Shown here one piece after another: positions 23,374 through 32,000 of a DNA stretch of 32,000 bases. Position numbers and translations under genes: made by a program. The stretch spans positions 330,001-362,000 of the forward strand of contig NZ_CP089976.1 in NCBI RefSeq assembly GCF_022701215.1. The letters are read 5' to 3'. The notes beneath the pieces were generated by a model that saw only the letters and a program-made list of their open reading frames with translations, did not search any database and had not been told where the DNA came from. This stretch comes from Moraxella nasovis (GTDB taxonomy: Bacteria > Pseudomonadota > Gammaproteobacteria > Pseudomonadales > Moraxellaceae). Positions within the stretch are counted from its first letter, which is position 1, and every line of letters starts with the position of its first letter.

Positions 23374-24147
23374 TTAAATTCTAATCCGCTTGCCGTCCTT
23401 TAAAAGCCCGTACGCCACGACATAAAAAATCACCGTAAACACACCAATGGCAGCAAGCGATGCCCACACATTAACATCAGAATATCCCAGCACCCCAAAA
23501 CGAAAGGCATTCACCATGTAGACAATGGGATTTAGTAAAGATAAATTTTGCCAAAATGGCGATAGATTATCAAGCGAATAAAATACACCGCCCAAATAAG
23601 TCAAAGGGGTCAGCACAAAGCTTGGAATGATTGAAATATCATCAAAAGAACGCGCAAAAATCGCATTAATCATGCCAGCAAGCGAAAATAATGTCGCTGT
23701 CATAACCACAGTAAATACCGTCACAAAGGCATGAACCAAGCTTAAATCAGTAAAAAATAACGCCAAAGCCGTTACAATCGCACCGATTGCAAGCCCACGG
23801 AATAAGCCCCCTGCTACAAATCCAAGCACAATCGTATGCTTAGAAATCGGACTTACTAGCATCTCTTCGATATTGCCATGAAATTTAGTACCAAAAAACG
23901 ATGATACGACATTAGAGTAGCTGTTGGTAATTACTGCCATCATAATAAGACCCGGCACGATGAACTGCATATAACTGACGCCGCCCATCATACCGACACG
24001 CTCCCCTATCATCTTACCAAAAATCACAAAATACAAGCTCATGGTAATGGCAGGTGGTAATAATGTCTGTGGCCAAATGCGTAAAATACGTTTTACTTCT
24101 TTATAGACAAGCGTCATAAACGCTATCCATTGTTTTTGTAGGGTCAT
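23374..24147 (-). CDS. ABC-2 type transporter permease (YadH-like)
   Basis: 257 aa, about 6 TM segments, paired with the upstream ABC ATPase. Confidence 0.8.
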   Translation of the reverse strand: MTLQKQWIAFMTLVYKEVKRILRIWPQTLLPPAITMSLYFVIFGKMIGERVGMMGGVSYMQFIVPGLIMMAVITNSYSNVVSSFFGTKFHGNIEEMLVSPISKHTIVLGFVAGGLFRGLAIGAIVTALALFFTDLSLVHAFVTVFTVVMTATLFSLAGMINAIFARSFDDISIIPSFVLTPLTYLGGVFYSLDNLSPFWQNLSLLNPIVYMVNAFRFGVLGYSDVNVWASLAAIGVFTVIFYVVAYGLLKDGKRIRI

Positions 24148-24272
24148 ATACAGCTCTTTTTATTTTTTATATCGTGTTAGACATTAGGGCATATTGGACT
24201 TAAATAACACTATTTATATAGCAAAAATGCTTTACTAGTCATAAAAGCTTTTTGTTAAAAGTGTCAATATGG

Positions 24273-25220
24273 CTATGAATTTGTCAGTTTTTCGGTTAAA
24301 TTATTCTCAACAATACCTAAAAATAACTCTTCTAAGCGGTTCGCCTTATTTCGCATGCTAGCGACATTTACACCTATGGCGGTAAGCTGAGCAAAAACAT
24401 CGTTCAAACTCTCGCCTTTTTTTAGGGTCACTTCTAAGGTTATATCATCTATTTTTGCCGTTTTTACCACATTATTTAGATGAATATCTTCATTTAGCGG
24501 GTTTGTTAAATCAAGGATAAAAGTTTCTACATCAAGACTTGCAAGCAAACTTTTCATATCGGTATTAATACGAATCTCGCCATGGTCAAGAATAGCGATA
24601 TTTTTACACAGCTGTTCTGCTTCTTCAAGATAGTGCGTGGTTAAGATAATGGTCGTGCCTTCATTCACGTTAATTTGCTGCATAAAATCCCACATAGAGC
24701 GACGCAGCTCAATATCCACGCCAGCTGTTGGCTCATCTAAAATCAGTAGCCTTGGCTTATGCATTAAGGCACGAGCAATCATCAATCTGCGTTTCATACC
24801 GCCCGATAATGAACGTGCTTTCTCATGGCGTTTCTCCCACAGACCTAATGCCTTTAATAGATGTTCGGCTCGTGGTAAGGCGACTTTCTTGGTAATACCA
24901 AAATAACCCGCTTGCGTGATTAAAATATCAATAACTTGCTCAAACTGCATAAAATTAAACTCTTGGGGCACAACACCTAAGAATTCTTTTGCCTTACTAG
25001 GGCTTGATAATAAATCCACACCAAAAATCTCAACCGAACCAGCAGACGGTTGAAATAACGAGCTGATGATGCCAATGGTAGTGGATTTACCCGCACCATT
25101 CGCCCCTAATAAAGCAAAAAAACCGCCTTGTGGCACGGTTAAATCAATGCCTTTTAGAGCAGTAAAGCCGTTAGAGTAAGTTTTAGTTAAGTTTGTGAGT
25201 TTTAAGGCAGGTATGGTCAT
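24273..25220 (-). CDS. ABC transporter ATP-binding protein (YadG-like)
   Basis: Walker A GANGAGKST, signature LSGGMKRRL, Walker B LLILDEPT. Confidence 0.9.
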   Translation of the reverse strand: MTIPALKLTNLTKTYSNGFTALKGIDLTVPQGGFFALLGANGAGKSTTIGIISSLFQPSAGSVEIFGVDLLSSPSKAKEFLGVVPQEFNFMQFEQVIDILITQAGYFGITKKVALPRAEHLLKALGLWEKRHEKARSLSGGMKRRLMIARALMHKPRLLILDEPTAGVDIELRRSMWDFMQQINVNEGTTIILTTHYLEEAEQLCKNIAILDHGEIRINTDMKSLLASLDVETFILDLTNPLNEDIHLNNVVKTAKIDDITLEVTLKKGESLNDVFAQLTAIGVNVASMRNKANRLEELFLGIVENNLTEKLTNS

Positions 25221-25370
25221 GTTGTTACTAGGTTTTTGATGATTGGTTGGTAATTAATGGGTGAGTTTTTGATAAATTAAAGTTAATTTTTTTAATCTGT
25301 GGATTTGATAAAACTGACCGTGATTTAAGGTGGGTGGTCTTTAAAATTAACGTGTTAATATGGCTTTATG

Positions 25371-25418
25371 ACAAAAAGACCAACGAACCTAAGCTAAAGT
25401 TGCTTAAGTTGGTTGGTC
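25371..25418 (-). terminator. Rho-independent terminator after the cytochrome c gene (minus strand)
   Basis: About 17-bp imperfect stem GACCAACGAACCTAAGC / GCTTAAGTTGGTTGGTC. On the minus strand it is followed by CTTTTTGT. Confidence 0.6.
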
Positions 25419-25441
25419 ATTAGACGATGTTATTGGCAATC

Positions 25442-26023
25442 TTAGCTTGATTGACCAACCATATAATCAACCGCATTCTTAACTTCATCGTCAGAAATGT
25501 CAGCACCGCCACGAGCAGGCATGGCATTAAAGCCATTGGTAGCGTGGTCATATAAAGTGGCCTTGCCTTTAGCAATACGAGGACCCCAGTCACCTGCATT
25601 ACCAACTTTTGGAGCACCAATCAATCCAGAGTCATGACAAGTTGAACAGATGGCTTTATATAAACTTTCGCCATCACGTGCCTGACCTTCTACCGCAGGG
25701 GCTAGGACGGTGATGTTAATATCACACTCTTCACCCTCAAAGCATACCTTACCATGTGGAGCAATACGAGCCACTAGATTTGGGTAAAGTGCGATTAATT
25801 TTTTAACTTGCTCGCTGTCTTCAGGGATTGGTTCTGATGGTGCAACAGGAGCGGCTGGCTCTGCTGATGCATCCGCTTGTGCGTCAGCGGCGGCTGCATC
25901 TGCTTGTACTTCAGGAGTAGCGGCAGCGTCTGCTTGCGTCTCAGTTTGAGCGTAAGTTGTGATGGTAGAAAACGCCAACAACGTGGCAATGGATAATGCT
26001 GTAAATCTCTTCATTGTCATCAT
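25442..26023 (-). CDS. Cytochrome c5-family c-type cytochrome with signal peptide and an Ala/Asp/Gln/Pro low-complexity linker
   Basis: Heme motif CSTCH followed by GLIGAPKVGNAGDW, typical of c5. N-terminal signal MKRFTALSIATLLAFSTITTYA. Confidence 0.85.
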   Translation of the reverse strand: MMTMKRFTALSIATLLAFSTITTYAQTETQADAAATPEVQADAAAADAQADASAEPAAPVAPSEPIPEDSEQVKKLIALYPNLVARIAPHGKVCFEGEECDINITVLAPAVEGQARDGESLYKAICSTCHDSGLIGAPKVGNAGDWGPRIAKGKATLYDHATNGFNAMPARGGADISDDEVKNAVDYMVGQSS

Positions 26024-26220
26024 CTCGTCTTAGCCTTGAGCAGTGCTCTGGGTAACTTGAATTTAAAATCGCATAACGATTACAAATTCAAAACGTAAAT
26101 TTATCCCTAATATTATAAGGGAAAAGCAGGATAAAATGCCATAGTTTTTTACAATCTGGCAAAAATAGCTTAAAAGTTATTAAAAATTAGATAAATAACA
26201 CTCAAACCACACTTACTGTA

Positions 26221-26249
26221 TGGCAATTTTAACAAAGTTTTGGTATAAT
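26221..26249 (+). promoter_or_regulatory. Probable promoter for tRNA-Arg (TGGCAA-N17-TATAAT with TG extension)
   Basis: TGGTATAAT with TATAAT at 26244-26249, 12 nt upstream of the tRNA 5-prime end. The -35 is weak. Confidence 0.45.
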
Positions 26250-26261
26250 CTTTACCAATTT

Positions 26262-26338
26262 GTGCTTGTAGCTCAGTTGGATAGAGTGTTGGCCTCCGAA
26301 GCCAAAGGTCGTGGGTTCGATTCCCGCCAAGCACACCA
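26262..26338 (+). tRNA. tRNA-Arg (anticodon CCG)
   Basis: Acceptor GTGCTTG/CAAGCAC, D-arm TAGCTCAGTTGGATAGAGT, anticodon stem-loop TTGGC-CTCCGAA-GCCAA, T-arm GTGGGTTCGATTCCCGC, encoded CCA. Confidence 0.95.
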
Positions 26339-26344
26339 CACAAA

Positions 26345-26375
26345 AACCGCCCACGATGTGGGCGGTTTATTTTTT
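26345..26375. terminator. Bidirectional terminator shared by tRNA-Arg (+) and guaB (-)
   Basis: AACCGCCCAC-GAT-GTGGGCGGTT, a 10-bp stem, with T-runs on both strands. Confidence 0.85.
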
Positions 26376-27846
26376 AGTTTTGACGATAGTTTGGGGCTTC
26401 TTTGGTAATCTGAACATCATGCACGTGTGATTCTTTCATACCTGCTGATGTTACTTTTACGAAAGTTGGCTTGGTACGCATCTCACCAATGGTTGCACAG
26501 CCTGTATAGCCCATAGACGACTTTAAGCCACCTGCTAGCTGATTGATAATACCTGCCACAGGTCCTTTATAAGGGACACGACCTTCAATACCCTCTGGCA
26601 CAAGTTTTTCAACACCGTCTTTAGCATCTTGGAAGTAACGATCAGATGAGCCATTTTGCCCACTCATCGCACCTAGCGAACCCATGCCACGATAAGCTTT
26701 GTAATAACGCCCTTGGAACAGCTCTACTTCACCAGGCGCTTCTTCTGTACCTGCCAAAAGACTGCCTACCATGATACAGCTTGCCCCTGCTGCGATTGCT
26801 TTTGCCATATCACCACTAAAACGGATACCGCCATCAGCAATCAATGGAATGCGATCTTTTAGGGCGGTTGCCACACTGTCAATGGCAGAAATCTGAGGTA
26901 CACCAATCCCTGCGATAATACGGGTTGTACAGATTGATCCTGGACCAATACCTACTTTAACAGCATTTGCTCCTGCGTCTGCTAATGCTAAGGCTGCATC
27001 GCCTGTTGCGATATTACCGCCAATCACTTGTGTATTTGGGTAATTTTTCTTAATCCATGCCACACGATCAATAACGCCCTTAGAATGCCCATGAGCAGTA
27101 TCTACAATAATCACATCTACATTGGCATCAATTAACGCCTCTACACGAGCTTCGGTATCAGCACCTGTGCCAACCGCCGCACCCACACGCAAGCGACCTT
27201 TTTGGTCTTTACAAGCATTTGGGTTATTTTCAGCTTTGGTAAAATCATTCACCGTAATCAAGCCTTTTAGGCGAAACTCATCATCAATGACCACAACCTT
27301 TTCAATACGGTGTTCATGCAGTAGTGCCTTGATTTGCTTTTGGGGCGTGCCTTCTCTTACGGTAACCAGCTTTTCTTTTGGCGTCATTACTTGACTGACT
27401 TTCTTATCAAGATTAGTCTCAAAACGCACATCACGATGGGTTACAATACCCACCACCTTATCTGTGCCAGCCTCCACAACAGGAACACCGCTAATCTTAT
27501 GCACACGAGTTAAGTTCAGCAGATCGCCAACAGTTACATCAGGGTGCACAGTCACAGGATCTGCAACCGTACCTGCCTCGAACTTTTTCACATGGCGAAC
27601 TCGGCTTGCTTGATGTTCGATATCCATATTTTTATGAATAATACCCAATCCTCCAAGCTGTGCCATGGCGATTGCCATCTTAGATTCGGTTACAGTATCC
27701 ATTGCCGCTGAGATGATGGGTAGGTTTAGATTAATATCGGTGGTCAGTCTGGTAACAAGGCTAGTCTGCTTAGGCAAAACTTCAGAATAGGCTGGAAGTA
27801 GCAGAACATCATCGAAGGTCAATGCGTCATAGTCAATGCGTAGCAT
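26374..27846 (-). CDS. guaB: IMP dehydrogenase
   Basis: Active-site loop [11 protein letters not shown], a CBS pair region, and ..[12 protein letters not shown]. 490 aa. Confidence 0.95.
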   Translation of the reverse strand: MLRIDYDALTFDDVLLLPAYSEVLPKQTSLVTRLTTDINLNLPIISAAMDTVTESKMAIAMAQLGGLGIIHKNMDIEHQASRVRHVKKFEAGTVADPVTVHPDVTVGDLLNLTRVHKISGVPVVEAGTDKVVGIVTHRDVRFETNLDKKVSQVMTPKEKLVTVREGTPQKQIKALLHEHRIEKVVVIDDEFRLKGLITVNDFTKAENNPNACKDQKGRLRVGAAVGTGADTEARVEALIDANVDVIIVDTAHGHSKGVIDRVAWIKKNYPNTQVIGGNIATGDAALALADAGANAVKVGIGPGSICTTRIIAGIGVPQISAIDSVATALKDRIPLIADGGIRFSGDMAKAIAAGASCIMVGSLLAGTEEAPGEVELFQGRYYKAYRGMGSLGAMSGQNGSSDRYFQDAKDGVEKLVPEGIEGRVPYKGPVAGIINQLAGGLKSSMGYTGCATIGEMRTKPTFVKVTSAGMKESHVHDVQITKEAPNYRQN

Positions 27847-28059
27847 AGGTTATTTTCCTTGGGGTGGGCAGCCTGTGATTAAAAAGCGACATTACGCAAT
27901 CAGGCTTGTAAAATAACGCTGTATTGTATCAAAAATTACGGCTTAAAATCAATGAATTTATCAAAATTATTATCCAAACTACTTACTTGCCTAATAAAAA
28001 CTGGTAAATAATCATAAACTTTGGCATAATACGCAAAAAATTATCATTGGTCAATTTAA

Positions 28060-28866
28060 ATGAAAAAACTAACCTTAGCAACTCTTGCTGTTACTTGCTC
28101 ACTACTAGTCGCCTGTAATAACGCTTCATCAACCGATACCGCATCTAAGCCAGCTAAGACTCAGACGACCTCTGCTAACATCGCCAAAAATACCACAGAT
28201 AAACAGCTTAGCGACGTTGCCAAAGCCTTGCAAGATAATTTGGATAAATCAGGCATTGACATTACAGTAACCTCTGCTGTAGCGACCGCCATGCCTGGCA
28301 TGTACTGGGTTAGCTTTGAAGGTGCACCTGCTATGTTCACTGACGTAAATGGCGAACACTTAATCCAAGGTCAAATCGTCAAGCTTGGTGATGGTGCACC
28401 AATTGACATTACATCAAGCATTCAAGCAGACATCGCCAAAGATAAGCTGTCAAACGTTGATAAAAAAGACATGATTATCTACCCTGCTGTAGGCGACACT
28501 AAGGCTGCTATCTATGTCTTTTCTGATCCAACTTGTCATTACTGCCAAAAGCTTCACAGTGAAATCAAGCAAATCACTGCTGGCGGCATTGAAGTTCGTT
28601 ACTTGGCGTGGCCAAGAGGCGAACAGACGATACCACTAACAGAAGCGATTTGGTGTAGTGCTGATCGCCACAACGCCCTAACTCGTGCCAAAAAAGGCGA
28701 AAACATTACCGCCCCAACGTGTGATAATCCTGTTCATTCACAGATTAATCTTGGGCATTCACTCGGGGTAAATGGCACGCCTGCAATATTTGCCGAAAGT
28801 GGTGTGCAGATTGGTGGATATTTGCCAGCAGACCGCTTAATCCAAGCAGCAATTGACAATAAATAA
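28060..28866 (+). CDS. DsbC/DsbG-like thiol:disulfide interchange protein, predicted lipoprotein
   Basis: Thioredoxin-fold CxxC motif DPTCHYCQKLH. ..GVNGTPA.. cis-Pro loop region. Lipobox LLVAC at residues 15-19. Confidence 0.8.
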   Translation: MKKLTLATLAVTCSLLVACNNASSTDTASKPAKTQTTSANIAKNTTDKQLSDVAKALQDNLDKSGIDITVTSAVATAMPGMYWVSFEGAPAMFTDVNGEHLIQGQIVKLGDGAPIDITSSIQADIAKDKLSNVDKKDMIIYPAVGDTKAAIYVFSDPTCHYCQKLHSEIKQITAGGIEVRYLAWPRGEQTIPLTEAIWCSADRHNALTRAKKGENITAPTCDNPVHSQINLGHSLGVNGTPAIFAESGVQIGGYLPADRLIQAAIDNK

Positions 28867-29307
28867 TTGTGGTTTAACAACCAGATTATATCTTACAAGC
28901 ATATCTAATTTAAAATGCGGCTAAATTAAGATAAATCATTAACAAAATAAGACAAATTGCTTGATATAAAATACTATCAAGCAATTTAATGAAATTTTGT
29001 AAGATTTAGCCATGTTTAGACCGTTAAAATATAGTTGGTTTAGATTACAGTTAGTTTAGATTAAGGATACGCTTTAACAATTTGGCTTTATTCTAAATCT
29101 GCCTATAACGACCAATCAACCCCATAGAGCTAACATAAACGACAATTTAACTTTATTTTTTTTAATCCCAATACAAGTTGATATTGATAAATGTTAATAA
29201 ATTTAAATACGCAAAAAATTATGCAAAAGCACTAGCAAGTTTGCTGAAGTTATGCTAAGTTAATCATCTTAAAAATATCCCATCTATCAAAAAGTTGAGA
29301 ATCTCTT

Positions 29308-30612
29308 GTGAATAAATCCATCAATCTTGCAGTGCTAGGACTTGGCACAGTTGGGACGGGTGTTATCCATTTATTAAAAGACAACGCCAAAGAATTGGCT
29401 CGCCGAAGCGGTCATAACATCGCCATCACTCATGTCGGCACTCGTCGCCAACGTGATGATATCGACCCCACCATCAAACAAAGTGCTGATCTTATGGCGA
29501 TCGCCGCAGCTCAAGATGTTGATATCGTCATTGAGGTTATCGGAGGCACTACCGTTGCTAAAGATGTTATTCTGCATGCTATCCGCCATAAAAAACATGT
29601 AGTTACCGCCAATAAAGCCCTACTTGCCAAGTATGGCAATGAAATCTTCACTTTAGCTGAAGAATGCGGTGTCCAGGTGCGTTATGAGGCGGCGGTAGCA
29701 GGTGGCATTCCTATCATCAAGGTTATTCGTGAAGCTCTAGCCGCCAATAAAATTGACTGGCTTGCAGGCATTATTAACGGCACAGGCAACTTCATCATGA
29801 GTGAAATGCAGCAAAAAAGCCGTAAATTTGACGATGTACTTGCCGAAGCTCAGGCTTTAGGTTATGCTGAAGCTGATCCGACATTTGACGTAGAAGGCAT
29901 CGATGCTGCTCATAAGCTATCACTACTTGCGTCCATCGCCTTTGGTATTCCCATTCAATTTGATAAAGTGTACTGTGAAGGCATTACCAAAGTCAGTCTG
30001 CAAGATGTCGTATACGCCAAAGAATTAGGCTATAACATTAAACACTTAGGTTTTGCTTTTCGTCGAGACAATGGGTTTGAACTGCGTGTTCACCCAACGC
30101 TTATCCCCGATAACACCCTACTTGCCAACGTTCACGGTGTAAAAAATGCCGTCATGGTAGATGCCCACCCACTAGGTCAGTCACTGTATTATGGTGATGG
30201 AGCAGGTGCAGGGGCGACCGCTTCTGCGGTGATGGCGGACGTGATGGATCTTATCTACGTCATCACAGCTGCCACACCAAGCGATGTACCGCATTTGGCA
30301 TTCGTTCCAGAAGAGCTGTCTGATGCTCGCATCTTATCAAGTGATGAAATGACTTCTGGCTATTATCTGCGTTTGACCGTTAAAGATGAGCTTGGCGTGC
30401 TATCTAATGTCACTCGTATTCTTAGTGATAACGGTATTAACATTGATGCCATCTTACAAAGAGATGCCCATAAATCAGGGCTTGTGCCTGTCATTATCCT
30501 AACTTTACCTGTCATCGAAAAGAAAATGAGTACTGCCATCGCACAAATTGAAGCACTCAATGCTGTGACAGAGCCTGTGGTGCGTATCCGTCTAGAAAGC
30601 TTAGATGAATAA
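29308..30612 (+). CDS. hom: Homoserine dehydrogenase (GTG start) with C-terminal ACT domain
   Basis: N-terminal Rossmann LGLGTVGTGV. ..VVTANKAL.., ..EAAVAGGIPII... 434 aa. Confidence 0.9.
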   Translation: MNKSINLAVLGLGTVGTGVIHLLKDNAKELARRSGHNIAITHVGTRRQRDDIDPTIKQSADLMAIAAAQDVDIVIEVIGGTTVAKDVILHAIRHKKHVVTANKALLAKYGNEIFTLAEECGVQVRYEAAVAGGIPIIKVIREALAANKIDWLAGIINGTGNFIMSEMQQKSRKFDDVLAEAQALGYAEADPTFDVEGIDAAHKLSLLASIAFGIPIQFDKVYCEGITKVSLQDVVYAKELGYNIKHLGFAFRRDNGFELRVHPTLIPDNTLLANVHGVKNAVMVDAHPLGQSLYYGDGAGAGATASAVMADVMDLIYVITAATPSDVPHLAFVPEELSDARILSSDEMTSGYYLRLTVKDELGVLSNVTRILSDNGINIDAILQRDAHKSGLVPVIILTLPVIEKKMSTAIAQIEALNAVTEPVVRIRLESLDE

Positions 30613-30645
30613 AAGTAAATCAATGGCACATCATCTCATTAAAAA

Positions 30646-30669
30646 TCCGCCTTCATTTGGCGGACTTTT
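30646..30669. terminator. Bidirectional terminator between hom (+) and cysS (-)
   Basis: TCCGCC-TTCATTT-GGCGGA stem, flanked by AAAAA on one side and CTTTTA on the other. Confidence 0.65.
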
Positions 30670-30685
30670 AATGGCCTAAACCAAT

Positions 30686-32000
30686 CTACACCCGTCGCCA
30701 CGTCGTGCCTTGGCGAGTATCTTCTAACTCCACGCCTTGCGATTTTAAGTCTTCACGAATCTTATCTGCCAAAGTAAAATTCTTATTTATTTTGGCTTGT
30801 TTACGTTCTTCAATTTTGGATAAAATTTCATTCTTTGACAGACCTTGCTCTTCACCAATGATGGCTTGTAAAAACTCATTGGGATTACTTTGAGCGATAT
30901 TTAACGGCTCGGCTAGGGTTTTTAGCAGTTTGGCAAACTGTTTAGCTTGTTCATAATCGCCATTTTTTACGGCTTTATTAATCTCACTTGCCGCGCCAAA
31001 CAGCACGCTGGTTGCTTTGGCGGTATTAAAATCATCATTCATCGCATTTGTGAATGTTTGTCCAAACTCACTTGCCCAAAACTGTGTTTTTTCATCATTA
31101 TTAATTAAAATGTCATTTTTATCAAATGGTTTTAGGGCGTGATAAAGTCTTGATAAAGCGGTATGGCTTTCTTTTAATGCCGTATCCGAAAAGTTAATCG
31201 GACTGCGATAATGGCTTGATAAGATAAAAAAGCGAATGGTCTCGGCATGAAAATCTTTTAGTACATCACGAATGGTAAAAAAGTTGTTCAACGATTTACT
31301 CATCTTTTCACCATCTACATTAACAAAACCAACGTGCAGCCAGTTGTTGGCATAAGTTTTACCTGTCGCTCCTTCAGATTGAGCAATCTCGTTTTCATGG
31401 TGGGGAAATTGCAAATCATGCCCACCGCCATGAATATCAAAGGTCTCTCCCAAGCAACAAGTACTCATAGCAGAACATTCAATATGCCAACCGGGGCGAC
31501 CCACGCCCCAAGGCGATTGCCATTTCGTTTCAGATGGCTCGTCTGCTTTAGCGGACTTCCACAGCACAAAATCAAAAGGATTTTTCTTATCGGTGGCTAC
31601 ATTGGTACGCTCGCTTGCCCCTGCTTGCATCTCATTAAGTTTGCGTTTGGATAATTTACCGTAGTCAGCAAAATTATCCACCGCATAGTACACATCACCT
31701 GTTGCCCCTTGATAGGCAAAGTTTTTACTTTCAAGCGTTTTAATTAATCCTTGCATTTTATCAATAAAATCGGTCGCTTTTGGCTCAAGTGCAGGTCGCA
31801 GACAGCCCAAATTATCGGCATCTTCGTGCATAAATTTGATAAAACGGTCAGTCAAAGCAAAGATACTCTCGCCATTTTCATTGGCACGAGCAATGATTTT
31901 ATCATCAATGTCGGTGATGTTTCGTACATAATTGACATCAAAACCTAAGTGTATAAGCCAGCGATAAATCACATCAAAGCTTACCATCACCCGAGCGTGT
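30686..32000 (-). CDS. cysS: Cysteinyl-tRNA synthetase, partial (N-terminus beyond the window end)
   Basis: KMSKS motif ([12 protein letters not shown]), WHIECSAM zinc/cysteine-binding region, FPHHENE. The ORF stays open to the window edge. Confidence 0.9.
   Translation of the reverse strand, partial: HARVMVSFDVIYRWLIHLGFDVNYVRNITDIDDKIIARANENGESIFALTDRFIKFMHEDADNLGCLRPALEPKATDFIDKMQGLIKTLESKNFAYQGATGDVYYAVDNFADYGKLSKRKLNEMQAGASERTNVATDKKNPFDFVLWKSAKADEPSETKWQSPWGVGRPGWHIECSAMSTCCLGETFDIHGGGHDLQFPHHENEIAQSEGATGKTYANNWLHVGFVNVDGEKMSKSLNNFFTIRDVLKDFHAETIRFFILSSHYRSPINFSDTALKESHTALSRLYHALKPFDKNDILINNDEKTQFWASEFGQTFTNAMNDDFNTAKATSVLFGAASEINKAVKNGDYEQAKQFAKLLKTLAEPLNIAQSNPNEFLQAIIGEEQGLSKNEILSKIEERKQAKINKNFTLADKIREDLKSQGVELEDTRQGTTWRRV

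Noticed and set aside
26220-26408. 62-aa ORF on the + strand
   Set aside because: It runs straight through tRNA-Arg(CCG) and the terminator, so it is an ORF-finder artefact.

Overview
Calls rest on motifs read by eye and recall of protein families; no homology search was run. The window looks like a low-GC gammaproteobacterial chromosome, possibly Moraxellaceae (taxon is inference only). It has two parts. (1) Positions 25-10551 are a ~10.5 kb island integrated into the 3-prime end of a tRNA gene and bounded by an 18-bp direct repeat. All 16 called genes are on the + strand: a P4-type integrase; a cargo block of toxin-antitoxin or defence-type genes (BrnT remnant/BrnA, class II Fic, TacA-like/GNAT toxin, small antitoxin/Doc, and a 256-aa protein I could not assign to any family); an AlpA-type regulator; small ORFs; a split zinc-finger / TOPRIM-P-loop primase-helicase; and an iteron-rich putative origin. 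I recognise no capsid, packaging or conjugation genes, so it resembles a minimal P4-like or satellite-like element. (2) Positions 10552-32000 are chromosomal. They hold an operon that joins a dedicated BCCP and biotin carboxylase to pxpB-pxpC-pxpA, an NRAMP/YcsG-like transporter and a second, degenerate BCCP-like gene. Next come an orphan 982-aa RTX metzincin with an adhesin-like N-terminus, a decayed PRTase-like pseudogene, yajQ, tRNA-Glu(UUC), queF, an ABC-2 exporter pair, cytochrome c5, tRNA-Arg(CCG), guaB, a DsbC-like lipoprotein, hom and a partial cysS. The two leads most worth follow-up are the island cargo hotspot with its repeated CCGC[A/T]ACA(AG) DNA sites, and the biotin-dependent Pxp-like operon with two carrier proteins.
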